Positions 8,414-16,554 of a DNA stretch of 64,000 bases are shown piece after piece. The stretch lies in contig DATENZ010000055.1 in the NCBI GenBank assembly GCA_035274625.1, positions 5 to 64,004 of the forward strand, written 5' to 3'. Under the pieces are notes generated by a model. It was not told where the DNA came from, searched no databases, and saw only the letters and a program-made list of their open reading frames with translations. Position numbers and translations under genes: made by a program. Source of the stretch: Gaiellaceae bacterium. GTDB lineage: Bacteria > Actinomycetota > Thermoleophilia > Gaiellales > Gaiellaceae. The stretch's first letter is position 1; every line of letters begins with the position of its first letter.

Positions 8414-9552
8414 AGCACCTCCGCGAGGATCGCGGCCGCGCGCTCGCATTCGGCGAGCGTGGGCACGAGCGCCAGGCGCACGTAGCCCTCGCCGGCATCG
8501 CCGAGGTATGCCCCCGGCGCGACGACGACCCCGTGGGCGAGCAATCGCTCGGCGGCGGACTCCGACGGCTCGCCGTTCGGAACCTCGACCCAGAGGTACA
8601 TCGTCGCGACACTGGCGGCGACTCGCCAGCCCTTCCGGGCGAGCACGGGCAGGAGGACGTCCCGTTTCCGCCGGTAGGCCTCACGGGTGCGAGCGACGTG
8701 CTCTTCGTCGCTCCACGCGACGATCGACGCACGCTGCACGAACTCCTGCGGCGCGGCGCCGGTGGATGGACGGTATGTCTTCAGCGCAGCGACCACGTCT
8801 GGCGCCGCCGCGATGAATCCCGAGCGGTAGCCCGTCATCGAGGAGCGCTTCGAGAGCGTCTGGAAGACGACGACGTTGGCGCGATCGGCGACCTCCAGCG
8901 CCGAGGACGGCGGCTCGGTGAACCACAGCTCGCTGTACGCCTCGTCCGAGCACAGCAAGAAGTCGTGCTCGGCGGCGAGGTCGGCGAGTCGCTCGTAGAA
9001 GGCACGCGAGGCGAGTGCGCCCGTCGGGTTGTTCGGGTAGTTCACCCAGAAGAGCGCGACACGTTCCCAGTCCGCCACGGCGTCCAGCTCGGGAAGGAAT
9101 CCGTTCTCCTCGAGCAGGGGAAGCGACTCGACGCGGGCGCCGGCGAACGCAGCGCCGCGGGCGGACACCGGGTAGCCGGGCTCCGTGACGACGACCGTGT
9201 CCTTTGCTCCCGTCGGGTCGACGACGAGCTGCGCGAAGCTGAAGATCGCCTCCTTGCTGCCGTAGGTCGGGATCACCTCGGTGTCGGCGTCGAGCTCGAC
9301 CCCGAAGCGGCGCACGACCCAGCCGGCGATCGCCTCGCGGAGCTCCGGCAGCCCTTCGGCCTTCGGGTAGCCCATCCGTTCCTGCAGCGCGTCGACGAGC
9401 GCCCGCCTGATCAGGGGGTCGGTCGGCTCGCGCGGGTCGCCCTGGCCGAAGTCCACGATCTCGATGCCGGCAGCCGCCGCGTCGCGCTTCGCGCGCTCGA
9501 TCCGCACGAACGGGTACGTGCCCTGCGCCGCGAGCACGGGCGAGAGATTCAC
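8410..9552 (-). CDS. dapC: Class I aminotransferase, probable succinyldiaminopimelate aminotransferase
   Basis: 380 aa, NYPNNPTG and SKRSSMTGYRSG (PLP-Lys) motifs. Sits between dapE and dapD and is translationally coupled to dapD. Only the 3' 381 codons of the 839-aa track ORF are used (GTG at 9552). Confidence 0.75.
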   Translation of the reverse strand: MNLSPVLAAQGTYPFVRIERAKRDAAAAGIEIVDFGQGDPREPTDPLIRRALVDALQERMGYPKAEGLPELREAIAGWVVRRFGVELDADTEVIPTYGSKEAIFSFAQLVVDPTGAKDTVVVTEPGYPVSARGAAFAGARVESLPLLEENGFLPELDAVADWERVALFWVNYPNNPTGALASRAFYERLADLAAEHDFLLCSDEAYSELWFTEPPSSALEVADRANVVVFQTLSKRSSMTGYRSGFIAAAPDVVAALKTYRPSTGAAPQEFVQRASIVAWSDEEHVARTREAYRRKRDVLLPVLARKGWRVAASVATMYLWVEVPNGEPSESAAERLLAHGVVVAPGAYLGDAGEGYVRLALVPTLAECERAAAILAEVL

Positions 9553-9581
9553 GGCGGCAACGTTATCCGCCGCGCGAGAGG

Positions 9582-10628
9582 TCAGCTGCTGACGAAGCGG
9601 CGGAGCGCCTCGAAGTTCCGCTCGAGCTCCGCGATCTCGACGCGCTCGTCGCGGCGGTGGGCATAGCGCGTCGCGCCGGGTCCGAAGTTGACGGCGTCGA
9701 GGCCCTGCGCGGCGAACTCCGCCACCGGCGTCCAGGCCTGCTTTGGCTCGAGCTCGAGCCCGCCCGCCTCGCGCAGCCGCGCAAGGAGCGGCGAGTCGGT
9801 CGCAACGCGTGCGGGCGGTGAGTTCGAGACCAGCTCCAGGTCTTCGCCGACAAGCGAGCGCAACCACGCCTCCGCCTCCTCGGCCGTCCGGTTCGGCGCA
9901 TAGCGGTAGTTGAGGCGTACCTCGACCGAGTCCGGGATCACGTTGTCGGCGATTCCGCCCCGGATCCGCGTGGCGCTGACCACCTCCCGGAACGTCAGGC
10001 CGCCGACCTCGACGTCGACCGGCGGCTGGGCCGTCACCGGCGCCAGCCCTGCCACCGCCGCGTCGATCGCGTTCACCCCCTGCCACGGCCGCGCCGAGTG
10101 CGCGCTCTCGCCGCGGAAGACGACGGTCGCGCTCAGATTCCCGAGGCACCCCGCGTGGATGGCGTTGTCGGTCGGCTCCAGCACCACGACGAGCTCCGAC
10201 TCGAGCACCCGCGGTGCCTCGGCGAACACGCGCGGCAGGGCGCTCTCCTCGGTCGGCAGCTCTTCGCGCACGAAGAAGAGGAACGCCACGTCGCACCGTA
10301 GCTCCTGCGGGTGCTCGGCTGCCCAGCGCGCCAGCTCGACCATCACCGCCAGCCCGCCCTTCATGTCGCTGGCGCCGAGGCCGACGACGCACCCGTCGTC
10401 GATCCGGCCGGGCAGGTTGTCCTGCGCCGGCACCGTGTCCAGATGGCCGGCCAGCAGGACGAGCGGCCCTTGACCGGACCCCGCCTCGAACAGGAGCGCC
10501 TCCTCCGTCCCGTAGGCGAGCGGCAACGTGACGATCGAAGCAATGTGCTCGAGCAGCGCCGCCTCGTCGCGGCTCGGCGAGGGGATGTCGACGAGCTCCA
10601 GCGTCCGCGCAGCGAGATCGACGGCCAC
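9582..10628 (-). CDS. dapE: Succinyl-diaminopimelate desuccinylase (M20 peptidase)
   Basis: LAGHLDTVP, GASDMKGGLA and FVREEL metal-ligand blocks of M20/DapE. Start chosen at GTG 10628; the longer 10742 start adds a non-homologous leader. Confidence 0.8.
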   Translation of the reverse strand: MAVDLAARTLELVDIPSPSRDEAALLEHIASIVTLPLAYGTEEALLFEAGSGQGPLVLLAGHLDTVPAQDNLPGRIDDGCVVGLGASDMKGGLAVMVELARWAAEHPQELRCDVAFLFFVREELPTEESALPRVFAEAPRVLESELVVVLEPTDNAIHAGCLGNLSATVVFRGESAHSARPWQGVNAIDAAVAGLAPVTAQPPVDVEVGGLTFREVVSATRIRGGIADNVIPDSVEVRLNYRYAPNRTAEEAEAWLRSLVGEDLELVSNSPPARVATDSPLLARLREAGGLELEPKQAWTPVAEFAAQGLDAVNFGPGATRYAHRRDERVEIAELERNFEALRRFVSS

Positions 10629-10741
10629 GCGGCAGGTTAACCCGCTGTTCGCAGCGCGTAAAAGGTTCGTCAAGCCCAGTGTCGCCGGGCCGGGAAACGG
10701 AAACGTTGCGGAAGACCGATTCACCTGACGGAAAGGATCCA

Positions 10742-11857
10742 ATGAGACGCACGCGAACGAGGCTCCTCGCAGGAGCCATCACGACGGGCGTGGCGGCAGT
10801 GGCCGTCTCGGCGTTCGCGCTCACGGGCGCGGTCAGTGCCGCTGCGCAGGCGAAGCCCGGAAACACCTCACCTCCCACCATCTCGGGCAACGCCCAGGTC
10901 GGACAGACCCTGACGGGGTCGCCCGGCACCTGGACGAACGGGCCGACCGATTACGACTACTCGTGGCAGCGCTGCAACCGGGACGGGAGCGGCTGTGACA
11001 CGATCGGCGGCGCCCGCGCGACGACGTACACGGTCGTTCCGGCGGACGGCGGCCACACGATCCGGTTCCGCGTGACAGCGCAGAACCGCGACGGCGAGAC
11101 GACCGTTCGGTCCGCTCCGAGCGCCCTCGTGCCGGGCGTCGGCAGACCTGCAAACACGTCGCCGCCCACGATCGCAGGGGTCGCACAGGAGGGGAAGGCG
11201 CTGACAGCGTCGCCCGGAACGTGGACGAACAACCCGAGCGACTACAACTTCTTCTGGCTCCGCTGCGGCCGGAACGGCGGAAACTGCTCGACGATCGGAG
11301 GAGCGCACGCGGCGACCTACACGCTCGTCTCTGCCGATGTCGGAAACACCGTCCGCTTCCGTGTCGACGCGAAGAACCAGGCCGGCACCACGAGCGCGAC
11401 CTCCGCGCCGTCGCCGGTCGTCCAGCGTGCCGCACCGGTCACTCCGCCGCGCGGCGGCGGCTGCCCCGCCGGTGGAAACCCCGACCAGGTGAGTGCGATC
11501 AACGCGCCTGCACACCTGATCGTCGACACGCTGCAGAGCGACCCGCAGGTCGTGACGAGCGGCGTCGGGACGTTGATCGTCCGGTTCCACGTCACGTCGA
11601 CGTGCGGCGGCCCGGTGCAGGGTGCGCTCGTGTACGCGACCGCGACGCCCTTCAACCAGTTCTCGGTCCCGGCCGAGACCCCGACGGGCCCGAACGGCTG
11701 GGCCGAGCTGCGCTTCCAGCGGCTCTCCGGCTTCCCGGCGAGCCGCAACCAGCAGCTGATCGCGTTGTTCGTCCGGGCGCGGAAGCCCGGCGAGAGCCTG
11801 CTGGCCGGCATCGCGGCGCGGCGCCTCGTGTCGATCCGGGTCGACCTCCGCCGGTAA
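10742..11857 (+). CDS. Secreted protein with two tandem ~93-aa Ig-like repeats
   Basis: Signal peptide MRRTRTRLLAGAITTGVAAVAVSAFALTGAVSAAAQA. Repeats at about 10852-11145 and 11146-11425 share TSPPTI.G.AQ.G..LT.SPGTWTN.P.DY...W.RC...G..C..IGGA.A.TYT.V.AD.G.T.RFRV.A.N. RBS GAAAGGA. Confidence 0.7.
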   Translation: MRRTRTRLLAGAITTGVAAVAVSAFALTGAVSAAAQAKPGNTSPPTISGNAQVGQTLTGSPGTWTNGPTDYDYSWQRCNRDGSGCDTIGGARATTYTVVPADGGHTIRFRVTAQNRDGETTVRSAPSALVPGVGRPANTSPPTIAGVAQEGKALTASPGTWTNNPSDYNFFWLRCGRNGGNCSTIGGAHAATYTLVSADVGNTVRFRVDAKNQAGTTSATSAPSPVVQRAAPVTPPRGGGCPAGGNPDQVSAINAPAHLIVDTLQSDPQVVTSGVGTLIVRFHVTSTCGGPVQGALVYATATPFNQFSVPAETPTGPNGWAELRFQRLSGFPASRNQQLIALFVRARKPGESLLAGIAARRLVSIRVDLRR

Positions 11858-11872
11858 CAACACCACCAGGCG

Positions 11873-11905
11873 GACGAGGGGCCGTGCCGGCGCCGGCCCC
11901 TCGTC
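11873..11905. terminator. GC-rich hairpin (12-bp perfect stem) between the secreted-protein gene and hflX
   Basis: GACGAGGGGCCG-(9 nt)-CGGCCCCTCGTC. There is no U-tract, so this would be an I-shaped actinobacterial-style terminator. Confidence 0.45.
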
Positions 11906-11935
11906 GGCCATCAGGCCAGCGGTCATAATCCGCAC

Positions 11936-13246
11936 GTGACCCACCGCCAGCCCGATCCCGCCCCCGGGGCGGATCCGGAGCGTGGGTTCGTCGTCGCCGT
12001 GCTGCCCAAGGGTGCCGATCCGGCCGAGGAGCTGGCCGAGATCAAGGAACTTGCGCGCACCGCAGGCGTCGAGCCCGTCGCGGAGCTCGTGCAGCTCCGC
12101 CAGCGCCCGGACGTCCGCACCTACGTCGGCAAGGGAAAGCTCGAGGAGCTCAAGCACGCCTACGGCGAGTCTGGGGCGGAGTCGCTGCTCGTGGACGACG
12201 AGCTCGAGCCGGCGCAGCAACGCCGCCTCGAGAACCTCCTCCAGGCGCGCGTCGTCGACCGGACGCAGCTGATCCTGGACATCTTCGCCCAGCACGCCCG
12301 CAGCGCCGAGGGCAAGCTCCAGGTCGAGCTGGCGCAGCTGGAGTACAACCTCCCGCGCATGCGCGGCCTGTGGCAGCACCTCGAGCGGCTCGGCGGGGGC
12401 GTCGGCACACGCGGCCCCGGCGAGTCCCAGCTCGAGACCGACCGGCGGCTCGCCCGCCGGCGGGTCTCGCTGCTGAAGGGGCGCCTCGAGGAGCTGCGGA
12501 AGCAGCGCGAGACCAGGCGCAAGGCGCGCCGCCGCTCCGAGACGCCGACGGTTGCCCTCGCCGGGTACACGAACGTCGGCAAGTCGACGCTGCTGAACGC
12601 GCTCACCGGCGCCGGCGCATCCGTCGACGACCGGCTCTTCGAGACGCTCGACCCGACAACGCGAGGCTTCGAGTTCGAGGGGCGCCGCTACCTCGTCACC
12701 GACACCGTCGGCTTCATCCGCCGGCTCCCCCACCAGCTCGTCGAAGGCTTTGCGGCGACGCTCGAGGAGACGCTCGTCGCCGATCTCGTCCTGCACGTCG
12801 CGGACGCCTCGGCCGCGGAGGCGCGGCTCGAGACGGAGCTGAGCGCGGTGAACGCCGTGCTCCAGGAGATCGGTGCCGCCGAGCTCCCCGTCGAGCTGGT
12901 CCTGAACAAGATCGACGAGGTCGACTCGCTGCGCCGGCGGCGGCTCGCCAACCGGTTCCCGGATGCCCTGCAGATCTCGGCCCGGACCGGGGAGGGGCTG
13001 GACGCGCTCCGCGAGCGGATCGCGAAGCGCTTCGCCGACCGCTTCGAGGTGGTCGAGCTGCTCGTCCCGTATGCGGAGGGGAAAGCGCTCGCCGAGCTGT
13101 ACGCGCTCGGGCCGCCGATCGAGTCGCGCACCGACCGCGAGGAGGGCGTGCTGATCAGGGCGCGGCTCCCCGCGCGCGACCTTCGGCGTTTCGCGCGGTT
13201 CCTGGTCGCGGGGGCCTCGCACCGGCAGGCGACCCCCGCAGCGTGA
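11936..13246 (+). CDS. hflX: GTPase HflX
   Basis: HflX N-domain (DRTQLILDIFAQHARSAEGKLQVELAQLEYNLPR), G1 GYTNVGKSTLLN, G3 DTVGF, G4 NKID. Confidence 0.9.
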   Translation: MTHRQPDPAPGADPERGFVVAVLPKGADPAEELAEIKELARTAGVEPVAELVQLRQRPDVRTYVGKGKLEELKHAYGESGAESLLVDDELEPAQQRRLENLLQARVVDRTQLILDIFAQHARSAEGKLQVELAQLEYNLPRMRGLWQHLERLGGGVGTRGPGESQLETDRRLARRRVSLLKGRLEELRKQRETRRKARRRSETPTVALAGYTNVGKSTLLNALTGAGASVDDRLFETLDPTTRGFEFEGRRYLVTDTVGFIRRLPHQLVEGFAATLEETLVADLVLHVADASAAEARLETELSAVNAVLQEIGAAELPVELVLNKIDEVDSLRRRRLANRFPDALQISARTGEGLDALRERIAKRFADRFEVVELLVPYAEGKALAELYALGPPIESRTDREEGVLIRARLPARDLRRFARFLVAGASHRQATPAA

Positions 13247-13677
13247 TCGAGATCCCGATCACGCGGCTGCGCGGCGACGCCGTGCTCCCGAGCCGCGCCT
13301 ATCCGGGAGACGCCGGCCTGGACCTGGTCGCCTGCGAGCGGCACGAGCTCGGTCCGGGAGAGCGGGCGCTGGTCGGGACCGGGATCGCCCTGGCGATCCC
13401 GGACGGGCATGCCGGCCTCGTCACGCCGCGCTCGGGCCTCGCCGCCGAGAGCGGGGTGACGATCGTGAACACGCCCGGGCTGGTCGACTCCGGCTACCGG
13501 GGGGAGCTGCGGGTGATCCTCCACAACACCGACCGCCGCCGCGAGTTCGTCGTCGAGCCGGGGATGCGGATCGCGCAGCTCGTCGTCGTCGCCGTCCCGC
13601 GGGCCGAGCTCCGCGAGGTGGACGAGCTCCCCGGCAGCGATCGCGGCGCGAGCGGCTTCGGCTCCTCCGGACAATGA
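13243..13677 (+). CDS. dut: dUTP diphosphatase
   Basis: [22 protein letters not shown] and C-terminal [10 protein letters not shown] motifs. The GTG overlaps the hflX stop (GTGA). Confidence 0.9.
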   Translation: MIEIPITRLRGDAVLPSRAYPGDAGLDLVACERHELGPGERALVGTGIALAIPDGHAGLVTPRSGLAAESGVTIVNTPGLVDSGYRGELRVILHNTDRRREFVVEPGMRIAQLVVVAVPRAELREVDELPGSDRGASGFGSSGQ

Positions 13678-13753
13678 GCGCGCTCATCACGAGCGGAGGT
13701 GCCGGCTTTGCCGGCGCCGGAGCGGGACTCTGAGCGGCGAGCCCCGGATCCGC

Positions 13754-14188
13754 GTGTCGGCGCTCCTCGGGTGGCACGACCGCGTGCTGCTCTGCCGGCA
13801 CGAGAAGCCGGGCAAGGAGTACTGGCTCCTGCCCGGCGGCGGCGTGAACTCCGGCGAGACCCTGCTCGACGCTCTCCGCCGGGAGTTGCGCGAGGAGATC
13901 GGAGTCGACGACCCGATCCCGTTCGAGGGCCCGATCGCGATCGTCGACTCGATCGCGCCCGCGCGGAGCTTCGTCACCAGGCACGTCGTCCACATCATCT
14001 TCGCGGGCGACCTCAGCGGCCGCTCCCTCGAGGCGGTCACGTCCGAGGACGCCGCCGTGCGGGGGCATCGGCTGTTCGGCATCGGGGAGCTCGACGAGAT
14101 CGTCCTCCACCCGCCGATCCAGCGGTTTCTCTCGCGCTGGCGTCCCGGGGACCCGAGCGTGTACCTCGGTCCGCTCTGGGCGCCGTAG
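13754..14188 (+). CDS. NUDIX hydrolase
   Basis: Nudix box [24 protein letters not shown]. Confidence 0.8.
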   Translation: MSALLGWHDRVLLCRHEKPGKEYWLLPGGGVNSGETLLDALRRELREEIGVDDPIPFEGPIAIVDSIAPARSFVTRHVVHIIFAGDLSGRSLEAVTSEDAAVRGHRLFGIGELDEIVLHPPIQRFLSRWRPGDPSVYLGPLWAP

Positions 14189-14193
14189 GCGGC

Positions 14194-14946
14194 CTAGAAC
14201 CGGCCGCCGCGCGACCGGGCGCGCCCCGCGGAGACGGTGTGGGCCTCGGCCTCCAGCTGGTCGTCGAGCGGCTCGAGCACCGGCGGCTCGCTCCCGGTCC
14301 GGTGCGCGAGCGCCTGTGCGAGGAGCCAGTCGGCGAGCCACGGATTCCGCGGCAGGAGGGGCCCGTGCAGGTAGGTCCCGATCGCGCGGTCCAAACGGCA
14401 CCCCTCGTACCCGCTCTTCCCGTCGTTGCCGAAACCGGCGAGCACGCGGCCGAGGGGCTCCGCACCCTCGTCGAGAACGGTGCGCCCGGCATGGTTCTCG
14501 AAGCCCACGAGCGTGCGCTCGAGTCCCGGCTCGAGCTCGCACCGGAGCAGCACGTCGCCGATCATCCGCCGCTCGCCGGCGACCGTGTGCAGCGGGAGGA
14601 CGCCGGCGCCGGGAAGCTCGACTCCGAGGCGATCCCGGTAGAAGCGCCCGAGGAGCTGGTAGCCGCCGCAGACGGCCAGCACCGCCGTTCCGCCCGCGAC
14701 CGCCTCTGCGAGCGCCGGCCCCTTCGCGGCCAGGTCCGGTGCGATCAGGCCCTGCTCGCGGTCCTGGCCGCCGCCGACGTAGAGGAGGTCGTGGTCGCCG
14801 GGTCTCGGCGTCTCACCGAGCCCGATGCCGGTCACGTCCAGGTCGAGCCCGCGCCACGCCGCCCGCGCCGAGAGCACCGCGATGTTGCCGCGGTCGGCGT
14901 AGATGTTCAGGTAGTCGGGGTACAGGTGGCCGACGCGGATCTTCAT
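14194..14946 (-). CDS. gatD: Lipid II isoglutaminyl synthase, glutaminase subunit GatD (CobQ-type GATase)
   Basis: LYPDYLNIYADRGN opening, nucleophile elbow AVCGGYQLLG, and location downstream of murT. Confidence 0.85.
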   Translation of the reverse strand: MKIRVGHLYPDYLNIYADRGNIAVLSARAAWRGLDLDVTGIGLGETPRPGDHDLLYVGGGQDREQGLIAPDLAAKGPALAEAVAGGTAVLAVCGGYQLLGRFYRDRLGVELPGAGVLPLHTVAGERRMIGDVLLRCELEPGLERTLVGFENHAGRTVLDEGAEPLGRVLAGFGNDGKSGYEGCRLDRAIGTYLHGPLLPRNPWLADWLLAQALAHRTGSEPPVLEPLDDQLEAEAHTVSAGRARSRGGRF

Positions 14947-15060
14947 CGGCCGGGTTCCGGCCGATGAGGGGGAGGGGCCGGGGGGAACCGGGAGGTTCCC
15001 CCATCAACGTTGACCTCTGGAAGAAGGGGGTCCGTGGGGGAAACATGGTTTCCCCCACGG
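14947..15060. repeat. Three perfect hairpins in the murT-gatD spacer
   Basis: CGGCCGG-GTT-CCGGCCG (14947-14963); GGGGGAACC-GGGA-GGTTCCCCC (14981-15002); CCGTGGGGGAAAC-ATG-GTTTCCCCCACGG (15032-15060). Confidence 0.7.
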
Positions 15061-15082
15061 GAGCGAGCCGTAGGCGAGCGAC

Positions 15083-16447
15083 TCATGCCGCGCGCTCCCA
15101 GTACTGGGGCACGTAGCCGCGCCCGGCGATGATCCGCCGCAGCGCGAGCATGGCGGTGTAGGTGGGGAGGACCGTCAGCTCTCCGCCGCTCGGGGTCAGC
15201 TCGAGGCCGCGGTCGAGCGCCGCCTCCAGGCTCGGGACGACCTCGATCCGGCCCGCGGGCACGCCCGCGTACTTGCAGCGGAGCCCGAGCTCGGCGGCGC
15301 GTTCGCCGGAGAGGACGAGCCGTTCGAGCCCCTCGAGCAGCGGCTCGAAGTCGACATCCCAGATCCAGGAGACGTCCCGCCCGTCCGCGATCGCGTCGTT
15401 CAGCGCGATCACCGCGACGCTGGGCGGCCCGCCGGCGAGTAGCGTCCGCACCGCCTCGTTCGCGCCCGCCGGGTTCTTGATCAGCAGGAGGAGCACCACG
15501 CGGTCGCCGATCGAGATCCGCTCGAAGCGCCCGAATGCGGCCTGTGCCCGCGCGAGTCCGGCTTCGATCTCGTCGAGGCTCGCCCCCAGCGCGCGCGCGA
15601 GCGACGCGGCTGCGAGCGCGTTGTACACGTTGTAGAGGCCGGGCAGGGACAGCCGCACGCGCCGGGTCCCCTCCGGCGCGACGAGGTCGAAGGAGGCGCC
15701 GTCCAGCCTCTCGAGGCGAATCCCGCGAGCGGCGACCGTCAGCGCCGGGCGACCGTGGCCGCAGGCCGGGCAGCGGTAGTCGCCGAGGTGGCCGACGTAC
15801 GCCGCCGCGTACGCGTACGGCGTGCCGCAGCGGAGGCAGTACTTCGAGTCAGCGGCGTGCTGGAGCGACGGGCGCGCCTGACTCGGGTCGTCGAGCCCGA
15901 AGGTGACCGCCTCGGGCCGGTCGGCCGCCAGGTCCGCGACCTGGGGATCGTCCGCATTCACGACGAGCGCCGTCCCGGCGGGGAGGACCTGGACAGCGGC
16001 CCGCCACCGCTCCGCGATCTGCTCCAGCTCGCCGTAGCGGTCGAGCTGGTCGCGGAACAGGTTCGCGAGGCACACGGCGCGCGGCCGGATCTGCCGGGCG
16101 ACGTCCGGGAATGCGCCCTCGTCGACCTCGAAGAGCCCGAGCTCCGCACCGCCGGCCTCGAGCAGCGTCGAGGCGACGCCGGAGACGAGGTTCGCGCCCG
16201 AGCTGTTGTGCGCGATGCGCACGCGGGGCGCCAGGATCCCGGCGGCGAGAGCGGCCGTGGTCGTCTTTCCGTTCGTGGCGGAGACGATCGCCGTCCCGAG
16301 CGGCAGGCGCGCGGCCAGCGAGGAGACCGCGCCGGGGTCGAGCACGGACAGGAGCTTGCCGGGCAACGTCGTCCCACCCCCGCGCCGCGCCAGCCGCGAC
16401 AGCCGCCCCGCCGCACGCACGAGGGCGATCTCGAGGGGCAGGCGCAT
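15083..16447 (-). CDS. murT: Lipid II isoglutaminyl synthase, Mur-ligase-like subunit MurT
   Basis: ATNGKTTT P-loop, Cys4 ribbon CLRCG...CPACG typical of MurT, C-terminal DUF1727-like part. ATG at 16447 (MRLPLEIAL). Confidence 0.85.
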   Translation of the reverse strand: MRLPLEIALVRAAGRLSRLARRGGGTTLPGKLLSVLDPGAVSSLAARLPLGTAIVSATNGKTTTAALAAGILAPRVRIAHNSSGANLVSGVASTLLEAGGAELGLFEVDEGAFPDVARQIRPRAVCLANLFRDQLDRYGELEQIAERWRAAVQVLPAGTALVVNADDPQVADLAADRPEAVTFGLDDPSQARPSLQHAADSKYCLRCGTPYAYAAAYVGHLGDYRCPACGHGRPALTVAARGIRLERLDGASFDLVAPEGTRRVRLSLPGLYNVYNALAAASLARALGASLDEIEAGLARAQAAFGRFERISIGDRVVLLLLIKNPAGANEAVRTLLAGGPPSVAVIALNDAIADGRDVSWIWDVDFEPLLEGLERLVLSGERAAELGLRCKYAGVPAGRIEVVPSLEAALDRGLELTPSGGELTVLPTYTAMLALRRIIAGRGYVPQYWERAA

Positions 16448-16554
16448 CGGCGAGCAGTCTAGGTCTCCTGATCCCTCGGACGAGGGACTTTGAGCGGATC
16501 TACCCCTTCCGGGGGACGTGCCTCGCCGCCGGGCGTTCTTAGGTTGGGCAGGCG

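Noticed and set aside
8410-10929. Single 839-aa ORF spanning the dapC and dapE region
   Set aside because: Only the 3' 381 codons show aminotransferase homology. The upstream part is Arg/Gly/Ala-rich read-through in a frame different from the real dapE gene.
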